Positions 1-8,175 of a DNA stretch of 36,375 nt are shown in pieces. The stretch comes from Candidatus Micrarchaeota archaeon (lineage in GTDB: Archaea; Micrarchaeota; Micrarchaeia; Micrarchaeales; CABMGC01), in NCBI GenBank assembly GCA_964548595.1, contig CAZJQO010000015.1, positions 1 through 36,375 of the forward strand, in the 5' to 3' direction. The translations under genes were made by a program, and so were the position numbers. How positions within the stretch are numbered: position 1 is the stretch's first letter; each line of letters begins with the position of its first letter. The notes beneath the pieces were generated by a model. It ran no database searches, was not told where the DNA came from, and saw nothing but the letters and a program-made list of their open reading frames with translations.

Positions 1-545
1 TTCTCTGTCTTGGCTTTGCCACTAATCTTTGCTTTCAGGCTTTCCAATACACCCGTATTTTGTTTCCCCATCCTAATTCACCTTTCTCATATACTTCTTC
101 AATATCTCCTCCGCACCCGTCGGAGGCCTCTGCAGGCGCCTTCGTAGTCAGTGTCGCTGAGGACGCTGAACAGGCGCTGCAGCCTCGCCTTGGTGTAACC
201 TATGTCGATTATCCTGCCCTCGATATATCTGCGGCCACATGGTAGCCTTGAATTGCGAAGCCGTGGCGGTGGGTGTTGGAGGAATAGCATGTCCTCCAAA
301 GGTTCCACGGCTCGCCTGCCAGCAGCATGAGCGGGCTGAGACCGGAGGCAAGTTAGAGCAAACGCTCCAGTAGAGGGGTGTCACAAATAGATTCTTGTCA
401 GCGTCTCCCATTCTCTCCCATCCCAACCCGTTGAAGAGTATTATGCACTTCTCTTTATTTAAAAACAAGCTAATGGGAAATAGCTTTTGGTATGGCTAAA
501 GGCAAGATGTAATGATATTTTATCATCTGGTTATAGGCTGCACTG

Positions 546-583
546 TGTTACATTGAATTTTGTAACATAAATTTATATATATG
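546..583 (+). promoter_or_regulatory. Candidate operator plus TATA-like box upstream of the regulator gene at 603
   Basis: There is a perfect 7-bp inverted repeat, TGTTACA-N8-TGTAACA, at 546-567. It is followed directly by the A/T run ATAAATTTATATATAT (567-582), centred ~28 nt before the ATG at 603. That spacing fits an archaeal TATA box and a near-leaderless mRNA. Confidence 0.35.
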
Positions 584-602
584 GAGAATCATTATACATA
601 GC

Positions 603-1991
603 ATGGTGGGAACGCCTGAGAAAGTGGGGGAGGCATTCAGGAGGCTAACAAAACAACAGAAGCACCTCTACCTGAAGAAGATAAGAGAGAGCTACTATGT
701 ATACAAGCAGACCTACGAGTGGCAGCCCGATACGAAAAAGAGCAAGACGTTATACGAGTATATGGGTAGGGTACTCGCAGACGGGACATTCGTAAGGAGA
801 ATAAGCTCCTACAAGGACCAGCTGGCAAAAGCAGAGGCGTTGATAGTATCGCGTGGTGGGGAGATAACATGGCATGAGAAGGCCGAGCCGGAGGAGGCAG
901 TGCCTACAAAGAAGGAGCTTGCGCTCAAGGAGCCGGACCTCAATATCCTGATGGCGCTCAGCATGAACTCGAGGATTCCGGTGCCGAGGTTGGCGGAACT
1001 CGCCGGGTTAAACGAGCAGACCGCATATTCCAGGCTGAAGTCTCTGGAGACAATGCTCCGTATGGAATATCTGCTCGAGATAGATGTAGAGAAGCTTGGA
1101 TACCTGAGGTACCTCATCCTGATAAAGTTCGAGGATAAGAAGCCAACAAGAGAAGAGATTGAAGAGGCAATTAAAGACGAGTACAACATACAGTTTGCAG
1201 CGATGACTAAGGGTGACTATGATGTCGCGATGCTCGTTGTAGACCAGTCGCCGCTCAAAGCGTACGATAACCTTCTGAAGTTGAGACAGAGAGAGCCGCT
1301 AAAGAAGTACAGGGCGTCATGGGTGTTCACAAATTTTGCACAGAACTACTCTTTCATACCGCTAAGAGACCAGTTCATAGAGAAGATAGTAAAGGAAAAG
1401 GTATGGCAGAGGACCAAAGAAACGCCTCGCCCTGAGAGACATCAGCTCAAACAGAGGGAGTTCCTGGTTTTGAGGGAGCTGAACAACAATGCAAACGGCA
1501 ATTTTGCCTCGATAGACCAAAAACACGACCTGAGTAGGGGAACGTCGAGATATGCTTACCAATCATTGAAGGAAAGAGGGATAATAACGAGACCAACTGT
1601 ATCCCTGACGAACCTGCCGATTAAATATGTAGGCATAATTTTGTTCTCAATCATAGACTATAGTATCTTTGACGAAAAAAGATACAAGTATGTTATGGAT
1701 CGAATTGAGTACGACAAAATATCAAACAAGTACTGTCTTTCCGGAAATATAGGCGCACCAGTTCAGGGAACAATCTCATTTCTGCCAGTCTTTGAAGAGG
1801 GCTACCTCGACAGACTAACTGCCAACATGGAAAAGGAGTTCCAAGGAAGCATCGCCAGAAGCTTGGTGATTACGGACCTGATAGTTGGAAAGCTGTGTTA
1901 TAGAAGGTTTGATAATGTGTACTCACGTCAGTACAGGCTTCTTGTGGAATTCAAAAAAATAGAACCAACAAAACCAACATTTTATGGTTAG
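603..1991 (+). CDS. Tandem (duplicated) Lrp/AsnC-like transcriptional regulator with a ~105-aa N-terminal extension
   Basis: The 462-aa ORF contains two successive HTH-plus-RAM-like modules. Module 1 has LNILMALSMNSRIPVPRLAELAGLNEQTAYSRLKSLE, then YLILIKF...GDYDVAMLVV. Module 2 has REFLVLRELNNN...SRGTSRYAYQSLKERGII, then VGIILFSI. The 342-aa ORF at 12549-13577 has the same architecture. Confidence 0.55.
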   Translation: MVGTPEKVGEAFRRLTKQQKHLYLKKIRESYYVYKQTYEWQPDTKKSKTLYEYMGRVLADGTFVRRISSYKDQLAKAEALIVSRGGEITWHEKAEPEEAVPTKKELALKEPDLNILMALSMNSRIPVPRLAELAGLNEQTAYSRLKSLETMLRMEYLLEIDVEKLGYLRYLILIKFEDKKPTREEIEEAIKDEYNIQFAAMTKGDYDVAMLVVDQSPLKAYDNLLKLRQREPLKKYRASWVFTNFAQNYSFIPLRDQFIEKIVKEKVWQRTKETPRPERHQLKQREFLVLRELNNNANGNFASIDQKHDLSRGTSRYAYQSLKERGIITRPTVSLTNLPIKYVGIILFSIIDYSIFDEKRYKYVMDRIEYDKISNKYCLSGNIGAPVQGTISFLPVFEEGYLDRLTANMEKEFQGSIARSLVITDLIVGKLCYRRFDNVYSRQYRLLVEFKKIEPTKPTFYG

Positions 1992-2073
1992 GCAGTGTTT
2001 TGCCTAGTGTGGAGTCCATGTGGCTTGCGTCAACAAAAAGACAACGTCAAGGATTAGGATTCATTCAACACGG

Positions 2074-2565
2074 CTACCTGAACCTTTTATCTTTATTCTC
2101 AATTAAGCTTTTTTCCAAAACCAACCGCGGTTCTCCAGTTCCGTGATAATTCTCTATGCTACCAACTTTCTCAAAATCTAGTTTATTATAGAGGTTAAGC
2201 GCATGCTTGTTCTCAGGATGCACTGTCAGTCTGGCTTTCTCGAAGCCTAGGTCTTTTATCATGTCGAGCAGTAAATGCATAGTCTCTGTTCCGATTCCTT
2301 TTTTCTGATGTTCTTGCAATATTGCCAGACTACGAATAAGAGTGGTGTTGCTATTTTCTTCATCCAACCTAAAAGAGACAGTTCCTACAGCATCTTCACC
2401 CGCCTTTATGAGAAAAATATTGCCTATCTTGGAAAAATCATGCACGTCTTTCTCATCCCTAAAACCGCCATACATCTTGCTTTTAGATGCTGCGTTGATC
2501 TTTAGCACTGTACCCAGATCTTGCGCGTCATCTACTTTTACTAAGGTAATCTTAGGTCCAATCAT
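2074..2565 (-). CDS. GNAT family N-acetyltransferase
   Basis: The 163-aa ORF carries the acetyl-CoA binding motif A, QEHQKKGIGTETMHLLL, followed by HPENKHALNLYNKLDFEKVG. Both are typical of the GNAT fold. Confidence 0.8.
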   Translation of the reverse strand: MIGPKITLVKVDDAQDLGTVLKINAASKSKMYGGFRDEKDVHDFSKIGNIFLIKAGEDAVGTVSFRLDEENSNTTLIRSLAILQEHQKKGIGTETMHLLLDMIKDLGFEKARLTVHPENKHALNLYNKLDFEKVGSIENYHGTGEPRLVLEKSLIENKDKRFR

Positions 2566-3035
2566 GTTTTTCCTCTCTGCTCAACATGAAAATCAAAGGA
2601 AAAGTCTATTTTACTTTCCTTGCGAAAAACGTCTGTGAAAGTCCTTAAAAACAAACTAATTAAGTACGTATTATAGTCAATCAACAATTAAATTTAAGCC
2701 TGAATTATGTGCATATTTTAGCATTTACCGTGTTACAAGCCTCATATCAACATGGATTTTGTTTGAACAAAGTAGTATGTTACGCAACATAGTAAAGATA
2801 AAGCAATACTTCCTCTCCCGCACGCAACCCACCCGCACACCGCCCAAAACCCATGCTGCGGCTACCACGACGACAGGGACGTAAACGCCGCAATGAACAT
2901 ACTCAACAGAGCTAGGGCGGGACACGCCCGAAGTGACGCCTGTGGAGATACAGCCTCTGCAGTCCAGCGGGGATTGCAAGCAGCGTTGCCGAAGCAGGAA
3001 CATACCGGCAAGGAGTATCCACAATGTCGAATGCC

Positions 3036-3072
3036 GGGAAGCCCACTGTCTTTAGGCGTGGGAGGATGTCAC
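3036..3072. repeat. Copy 3 of the palindromic element GGGAAGCCCAC-N11-GTGGGAGGATGTCAC
   Basis: The 11-nt left arm and 15-nt right arm are identical to the copy at 16448-16483. Only the interior differs. The element lies 10 nt beyond the stop codon of the minus-strand gene 3082-3630. Confidence 0.6.
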
Positions 3073-3081
3073 TAAGGTGCA

Positions 3082-3630
3082 TCAGCGCTTGCGCCTATGC
3101 CTTGCTTCAGCCCGTTCCTCCTTCCCCTCCACCTCCTCGACGCGCAACCTGTCTGCTAGCGCACGCAGCACCAGCAGCATCGCAGCCGCTATTATCACTA
3201 CCAGTATTCCAAGCGCGTCTATCCTGAAGAGCACAAAAGTGAAGGCTATGCCCAAAGCAGGAGCGTGCTCGCTCCTGGTGGCTATCAGTAAAGCGGAAAC
3301 GACGAAGATTACTGTGCCCACGACCAAATATTCCGGAAGGAACGCGAGCAGGTAGTAGCTGGCCGCGCCAACGACGCCGGCTATTATGTAGCTCTTGATG
3401 AACTTGAGCGGGTTGGCCATAGTCGACAGAGGCATGATGAAGAGTATGAACGCGCTTGCAGCGACCGAGGCGAAGAGCACCGCCGACGAGCCTATGCCGT
3501 AGCTGAGCTCGAACCTTACCGCTCCGAACACTATCACAAGGAGCGAGACAGACAGCGCTACGAAGAAAACAGGCAGTATCCTATTCCGTACGTGCCTCTT
3601 CCATCTGCTGTGCAGGTCATCACCACGCAA
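3082..3630 (-). CDS. HPP-family-like integral membrane protein
   Basis: The 182-aa ORF has about 4-5 hydrophobic helices. SSAVLFASVAASAFILFIMPLSTMANP and SEHAPALGIAF resemble the two conserved HPP-family blocks, with the HPP motif degenerate as HAP. The C-terminal tail is charged. The apparent start codon is TTG. Confidence 0.5.
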   Translation of the reverse strand: MRGDDLHSRWKRHVRNRILPVFFVALSVSLLVIVFGAVRFELSYGIGSSAVLFASVAASAFILFIMPLSTMANPLKFIKSYIIAGVVGAASYYLLAFLPEYLVVGTVIFVVSALLIATRSEHAPALGIAFTFVLFRIDALGILVVIIAAAMLLVLRALADRLRVEEVEGKEERAEARHRRKR

Positions 3631-3680
3631 AAAGCAAGCTAACGTGCAAATTCAAGCTTATAAAAATTACTGCCAGCGGT

Positions 3681-4424
3681 TCACTCTTCCACATACGGAG
3701 CCAGGTAATACGTTACCGTGGCCTCTCCTATCTTGTAGGATATCCTGAGGGGCTGGTCCGACTTGAGCGAGAGCGTAAGCGCGTTGCCTACCGGATTCGA
3801 GCGCACCATGTTCTCCAGGAATTCGAGGTTGAATGTGGCCGATGCGTCCTTGGACACGTCAAGCTTCTTAACAGAGACGCCATCAACTTCGTTGGTCTCT
3901 TCCAGGTCGCTCGAGTCGCCTTTCGCGTTTATGGCGAACTGGTCCTTTGCTGCCTTGAACACTATGTATGAAGAGAATATGGAAGCGTCTTTGAGCACGT
4001 TCTTGAGGTGCTCGCCGTCAAGCTCTATGCTGGCGTCGAACTCAACCTTTGGCTCCTTGTCCTCCTTCTTCCTCATGTCTATCAGATGGAGCCTATACCT
4101 GCGCCTGCTCTTCTCGCCTATGAATTCCATCAGGAGCCTGCCGTCGTTCTCCTTCATCACAAGCGCTTCATTGTCCCTCGTCCTTGACATTATCTTGCTC
4201 AGGTTGTCCACGTTGAGACCTAGATCGGCTTGCTTGTCCACATCGTACTTGGAAAAGGCCTTGCTCGGCATGAAGAACGAGATCATACTTATGCCGCTCG
4301 GGTCCATGGCGTGGAGTCCTATGCCGTCTTTGCTGACTGTGAATATGCCCTCGTCAACCAGGCTCACGATAGCCTCTACACAGTCCCTCCAGTACTTCGC
4401 GTTGTCAAGCTTAAGTTCGAACAT
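3681..4424 (-). CDS. pcn: DNA polymerase sliding clamp (PCNA)
   Basis: The ORF is 247 aa, the typical archaeal PCNA length. The N-terminus is MFELKLDNAKYWRDCVEAIVSLVDEG and the C-terminus is VTYYLAPYVEE, both PCNA-like. Confidence 0.9.
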   Translation of the reverse strand: MFELKLDNAKYWRDCVEAIVSLVDEGIFTVSKDGIGLHAMDPSGISMISFFMPSKAFSKYDVDKQADLGLNVDNLSKIMSRTRDNEALVMKENDGRLLMEFIGEKSRRRYRLHLIDMRKKEDKEPKVEFDASIELDGEHLKNVLKDASIFSSYIVFKAAKDQFAINAKGDSSDLEETNEVDGVSVKKLDVSKDASATFNLEFLENMVRSNPVGNALTLSLKSDQPLRISYKIGEATVTYYLAPYVEE

Positions 4425-4556
4425 CTAACCCCCTTGTTACACTATTGTCGAAAGGTATTAATATATAGTTTGCTCGTCTGTCGTTGCCCGCCTCCTATGT
4501 TTTCGATGCCTGAAAATGTATTAAGCTTGAGGATAAAATACTGCTGAGGCGATGTA

Positions 4557-5366
4557 ATGATTGGCATAGTCTACTCCAGTCGGGACGATACCGCTGTGCG
4601 CATGGCGAGGCACATGGTGCAGTCGAATGGCCTGGAGGAAGCGGGCCCGGGCAGCATGAAGTATAAGGGAGACAAACTGGGCGTATATGAGCTAGACGGG
4701 CCCCTGCTGGACAGCAGCGTTCCTGACTCGCTTGGCTGCGATGCCATAATTTTCCTTAGCAAGCACGTGAGTGAGGCAGGAGTGGCATCTTTCACCACGC
4801 ATTCCCTTGGCAATTGGGGCAATAGGGCAAAGTTCGGAGGCAGGCCAGGAGAGCTCACTACAGCGTCTCCGCTGCTCATGCTTCAGGCACTGCGCGGGCT
4901 CGCAAGCAAAGACTCAGATGCGGAGAAGACATACGAGGCTACGCATCACGGTCCCCTGCTGAAGACACCATGCCTCTTCGCGGAGCTCGGTGGCAACGCG
5001 CAGATAACGGGCAACGAGCAGGCTGTAGATCGTGTGGCAGACGCTGCGTATGAGGCTGCCGTTCTCTTCGCTGACGGGCCAGTTGATTACAAAAAGGTGG
5101 TGATAGGGATAGGCGGAACCCATTACCCGAGCAAGTTCACCAAACAGGCTCTTGAATTTGGCTACGCCTTCTCGCACATAATGCCCAAGCATGCGATATG
5201 GAACGAGGACGGCACCAGCAACCTCGGCATGATAGCGCAGGCGATGGAAAGGAGCCAGGTGAAGCCAGAGGCAGCTGTTGTGGACTGGAAGAGCCTGAAC
5301 GCAATGACAAAGGCGGAAACAATTAAGAAGCTGAACGAGGTAGGGCTTGAGTATGAGAGGGTATAG
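4557..5366 (+). CDS. dtdA: D-aminoacyl-tRNA deacylase, archaeal DTD2 type
   Basis: The 269-aa ORF carries the DTD2 blocks FLSKHVSEAG, THSLGNWG, YEATHHGP and IGIGGTHY. Confidence 0.8.
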   Translation: MIGIVYSSRDDTAVRMARHMVQSNGLEEAGPGSMKYKGDKLGVYELDGPLLDSSVPDSLGCDAIIFLSKHVSEAGVASFTTHSLGNWGNRAKFGGRPGELTTASPLLMLQALRGLASKDSDAEKTYEATHHGPLLKTPCLFAELGGNAQITGNEQAVDRVADAAYEAAVLFADGPVDYKKVVIGIGGTHYPSKFTKQALEFGYAFSHIMPKHAIWNEDGTSNLGMIAQAMERSQVKPEAAVVDWKSLNAMTKAETIKKLNEVGLEYERV

Positions 5367-7131
5367 GGTCTGTTTCTCTACCATGCTGCTGGTTTTCCTG
5401 CTTGCAGCCTATCCTGCCCACGCGCAGTATTGGTTCCAGAGCGGCGCGACCGCCTCCTCGCTCTCTGCCAGTGGCAACAGCGGCGCAAGCGTGCAGATAG
5501 AGACGGTGCTGCCGCAGAGCATCACTTCGGGCTCTGTGGCCTTCTGGGTAGGCGAGGACCTGCCTAACGGCGCATTCCTGCAGATCGGCTACAGTATATA
5601 CAACGAGACTGGGAATGTGCCAAGCGACTGCACGCAATCCGGCTGCAGCAGCAGCCAGTTCGTCAAGGCCGGGGATGCGGAATGGTTCTTCGAGTATTTC
5701 CCTGCAGACAGGAACAATTCGTTCTACGGCTCCGTGGGCCCTGACGGCTCCGCAGGCCCTGACGGCGCATTCAACACCTATTCCTTCTATTCGCAGGGCA
5801 ATACCTGGTACTTTGAGGTCAACGGCACGGTAGTCGGCAGCGCCAACCTCGGGACCAGCACATCCGGACCCTACACCCCGAGCGCTATGGGGGAGATGGC
5901 GAACACGAGCACGAACAGCGCATACATGGTGCCTGTGATTTTTGCCAATCTGTCGGCTTACAAGGATGACGAGTTCCTGCCGGCGCAGAGCGCGTACGGC
6001 ACAGTATCGTACGGCGTAGGGAGCGAGACCAGGCTCCCGAATCCTTACGGAGTCAAGGAGGTAGACAGCAGGGTTAACTATTTCGAGGTAGGTTCCGGCC
6101 TGCCGACATCAAACAACAACACGCAGCTCTGGAGCCTGGGCTACAGGCTTCGTATAGTCTCGCCATACGGTGGCATAGCCAGCAGCAACGAGTACCTCGC
6201 ATACGCATCGACGTCTATTTCAGCACCGGGCAGGGTGAGCATAGGACCGGGTGCGATTGCAATATTCAAGGGCTGGACAGGCAAGGGCGCGGGCTCCTAC
6301 ACGGGCACGTCACCTACCGAACCACTGCTCATGTCGTCTAACATAACAGAGACAGCGAGTTGGGAAGTGGAGTACTTCGTAAACGTATCTTCGCAGTATG
6401 GAACAGCCAGCGGCACAGGCTGGTACCAGAACGGCACAACAGCAGCATACGGCATAATCAACACCACCTTCATAAAAGAAGGCAAGACGTTCAGGTTCTC
6501 GGGCTGGAGCAACGGCAACGCCAATTACACCGGAGTGCAGGAGGTCACTGCTCCGATAAACATAACAGCAGACTGGCAGTACGGGGTGCAGTTGTCAGGC
6601 AGAGACGCGTACGGCAACAGCATACCGATATCATATGTGATAATAGACGGCAGCACAGTAAACGCCACCACCTTCCTGAACGCCAATTCGGTATCCAGGC
6701 TTACCGGCGTCTACTACAGGGGCCAGCTACTTGCGGCCACGCAGAACATAACTCAGAATTCTACGCCGCAGATAAGTCTGCCGCTGCCAGTTTACAACAT
6801 CGACATAAAGGCGACAGGCATACTGAGTATGGTGCCTGTGAACGCGCTTGCCACAATAAGCTTTGAGAACGGCAGCAGCGAAACAGCATACACCGGGGCA
6901 TCAGGCACCATAACGATACCGGATGTGGCGTACGGGTATGCCAACGTGACGCTCAGTTACCTTGGCCAGACTATGCAAAGGTCAGCAAGTGGCGGCAGCG
7001 GAGTCGCTTTCGTATTTGTATCGCTGCCAGACCTGGCTGTGGTGGCGCTGGTGTTTGCAATAGCTATAGTGGTAGTGCTTCTGCTTGCAAGGCGCATCAG
7101 GAGCAGTAACCGGCAGTATGGGCAGCAATAG
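5353..7131 (+). CDS. Secreted, C-terminally anchored cell-surface glycoprotein with InlB B-repeat-like modules
   Basis: An N-terminal signal peptide (MRGYRVCFSTMLLVFLLAAYPAHA) is paired with a C-terminal TM helix and basic tail (VVALVFAIAIVVVLLLARRIRS). I count at least ~17 N-x-S/T sequons by eye. FKGWTGKGAGSYTG...ASW and FSGWSNGNANYTG...ADWQ resemble divergent InlB B-repeats. The ATG at 5353 is preferred over the TTG at 5347. Confidence 0.6.
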   Translation: MRGYRVCFSTMLLVFLLAAYPAHAQYWFQSGATASSLSASGNSGASVQIETVLPQSITSGSVAFWVGEDLPNGAFLQIGYSIYNETGNVPSDCTQSGCSSSQFVKAGDAEWFFEYFPADRNNSFYGSVGPDGSAGPDGAFNTYSFYSQGNTWYFEVNGTVVGSANLGTSTSGPYTPSAMGEMANTSTNSAYMVPVIFANLSAYKDDEFLPAQSAYGTVSYGVGSETRLPNPYGVKEVDSRVNYFEVGSGLPTSNNNTQLWSLGYRLRIVSPYGGIASSNEYLAYASTSISAPGRVSIGPGAIAIFKGWTGKGAGSYTGTSPTEPLLMSSNITETASWEVEYFVNVSSQYGTASGTGWYQNGTTAAYGIINTTFIKEGKTFRFSGWSNGNANYTGVQEVTAPINITADWQYGVQLSGRDAYGNSIPISYVIIDGSTVNATTFLNANSVSRLTGVYYRGQLLAATQNITQNSTPQISLPLPVYNIDIKATGILSMVPVNALATISFENGSSETAYTGASGTITIPDVAYGYANVTLSYLGQTMQRSASGGSGVAFVFVSLPDLAVVALVFAIAIVVVLLLARRIRSSNRQYGQQ

Positions 7132-7171
7132 CAACTTTTATCTTTTTTGACAGATAACTAGTTTCGATACC

Positions 7172-7690
7172 ATGAAGGTTGCTATAATACTGGCGCCCAG
7201 GGATTTCAGGGATGAGACAGTATCGCAGCTCGGGCTCTTTTTCAGCAAGAAGGATGTGGAGGCGAAGCTGGTGAGCACCACGCTGAAGCAGTGCACCGGC
7301 TCCCACGGGGCTGTGGCGAAGCCGGAGCTGGAGATTGACGCGCTCAACCCGCTGGATTTCGACGCCGTGCTGGTAGCCGATGGCTCTGGCGTGGACTCGC
7401 TCAAGATGTTCGACCACAGGCCGCTGCTTGACCTAATCAAGCTCTTCAAGGATGCGAACAAGGTGGTGATAGGCATAGGCAACGGCATCAAGGTGGTGGC
7501 AAGGGCCAACATAATCAAGGATGTAAAGATAGCCGATTCAGACGCGGAAACGAAGAAGCTGGTCTCGCTATACAGGGGCAAGCCTGTGGACGAGCGCGTG
7601 GTCAGGGATGGCAACATAATAACAGCAACGGGCAACGAAGACATTGCGGAGCTGGTTTCGGCTATGCTTGCGCAGCCCGCTGAAGCCTAG
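7172..7690 (+). CDS. DJ-1/PfpI family protein lacking the nucleophile cysteine
   Basis: The 172-aa ORF has a DJ-1/PfpI-like layout (MKVAIILAPRDFRDETV, FDAVLVADGSG, VVRDGNIITATG). At the nucleophile elbow, where the family has (A/I)ICHGP, this protein has GIGNGI. Confidence 0.65.
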   Translation: MKVAIILAPRDFRDETVSQLGLFFSKKDVEAKLVSTTLKQCTGSHGAVAKPELEIDALNPLDFDAVLVADGSGVDSLKMFDHRPLLDLIKLFKDANKVVIGIGNGIKVVARANIIKDVKIADSDAETKKLVSLYRGKPVDERVVRDGNIITATGNEDIAELVSAMLAQPAEA

Positions 7691-8006
7691 CGGCGGGCTT
7701 GTAGAAAGAATGAGTCTCTGCGCCGCAGTCGCAGATGTAGACAAGGTAGCCGTGCGAGCTCGAGAGCCTGACTTTGCAGTTCACTCCGGGCACCATGAAG
7801 CTGCCGCACTTTTTGCATATCCTGTGCTTCAGCCCATCAGGGATGCGCACCTTGTAGTGCGTGCTTATTCGCCTCGCTATCATGACGTAGCGCTTTTCGA
7901 GCTTTTTTGACATATCTGTTAGTTCCTTTGCACGCTCCTCCGCCATGCCGAGCAGTCTTCGCATCCTGTCCGCTGCTACTTTCTCCACGATCGGAGGCTT
8001 ATTCAT
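7662..8006 (-). CDS. rnp4: RNase P protein component 4 (Rpp21/Rnp4)
   Basis: The 114-aa ORF has an N-terminal helical part (RMRRLLGMAEERA...RYVMIARRISTHYKVRIP). A zinc ribbon follows: CKKCGSFMVPGVNCKVRL...ICDCG. Its 3' end overlaps the DJ-1 gene by 29 nt in convergent orientation. Confidence 0.8.
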   Translation of the reverse strand: MNKPPIVEKVAADRMRRLLGMAEERAKELTDMSKKLEKRYVMIARRISTHYKVRIPDGLKHRICKKCGSFMVPGVNCKVRLSSSHGYLVYICDCGAETHSFYKPAARLQRAAQA

Positions 8007-8052
8007 AAAATTGCCCTATGCCTGAGAAGCGCGCAGGCGCTGTGCCAAGAGA

Positions 8053-8127
8053 TGGGCCCGAGGAGATTTGAACTCCTGACCTACGGCTTATAAGACCGCC
8101 GCTCTAACCAGGCTGAGCTACGAGCCC
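8053..8127 (-). tRNA. tRNA-Ile with anticodon UAU
   Basis: The reverse complement reads GGGCTCG-TA-GCTC-AGCCTGGTTA-GAGC-G-GCGGT-CTTATAA-GCCGT-AGGTC-AGGAG-TTCAAAT-CTCCT-CGGGCCC-A. This folds as a full 75-nt cloverleaf with U33, anticodon TAT and A37. CCA is not encoded. Confidence 0.85.
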
Positions 8128-8175
8128 CTTGACGCTTTATATATCTGCAATCTTTAATAATATCGAGTCGGTCGA
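8128..8175. promoter_or_regulatory. Compact divergent promoter region for tRNA-Ile and srp54
   Basis: The 48-bp spacer holds two A/T boxes. CTTTATATAT (8135-8144) lies ~36 nt before the srp54 ATG. CTTTAATAATAT (8152-8163) lies ~30 nt upstream of the tRNA 5' end on the other strand. The two promoters therefore interleave. Confidence 0.35.

Noticed and set aside
60-245. The plus-strand 61-aa ORF at the left edge.
   Set aside because: It has a P/S-rich N-terminus, no upstream signals and no recognisable motif. The minus-strand frames look at least as protein-like, so the region is treated as a possible relic rather than a gene.
2815-3035. Whether the GC-rich ORF-less core is SRP (7S) RNA or RNase P RNA.
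   Set aside because: I could not find the helix-8 signature (GGAA tetraloop followed by the GGGAGCA/AGCA loop) on either strand. The RNase P CR-I motif GAGGAAAGUCC is also absent. GAAGCAG and CAAGG resemble 4.5S RNA too weakly to support a call.
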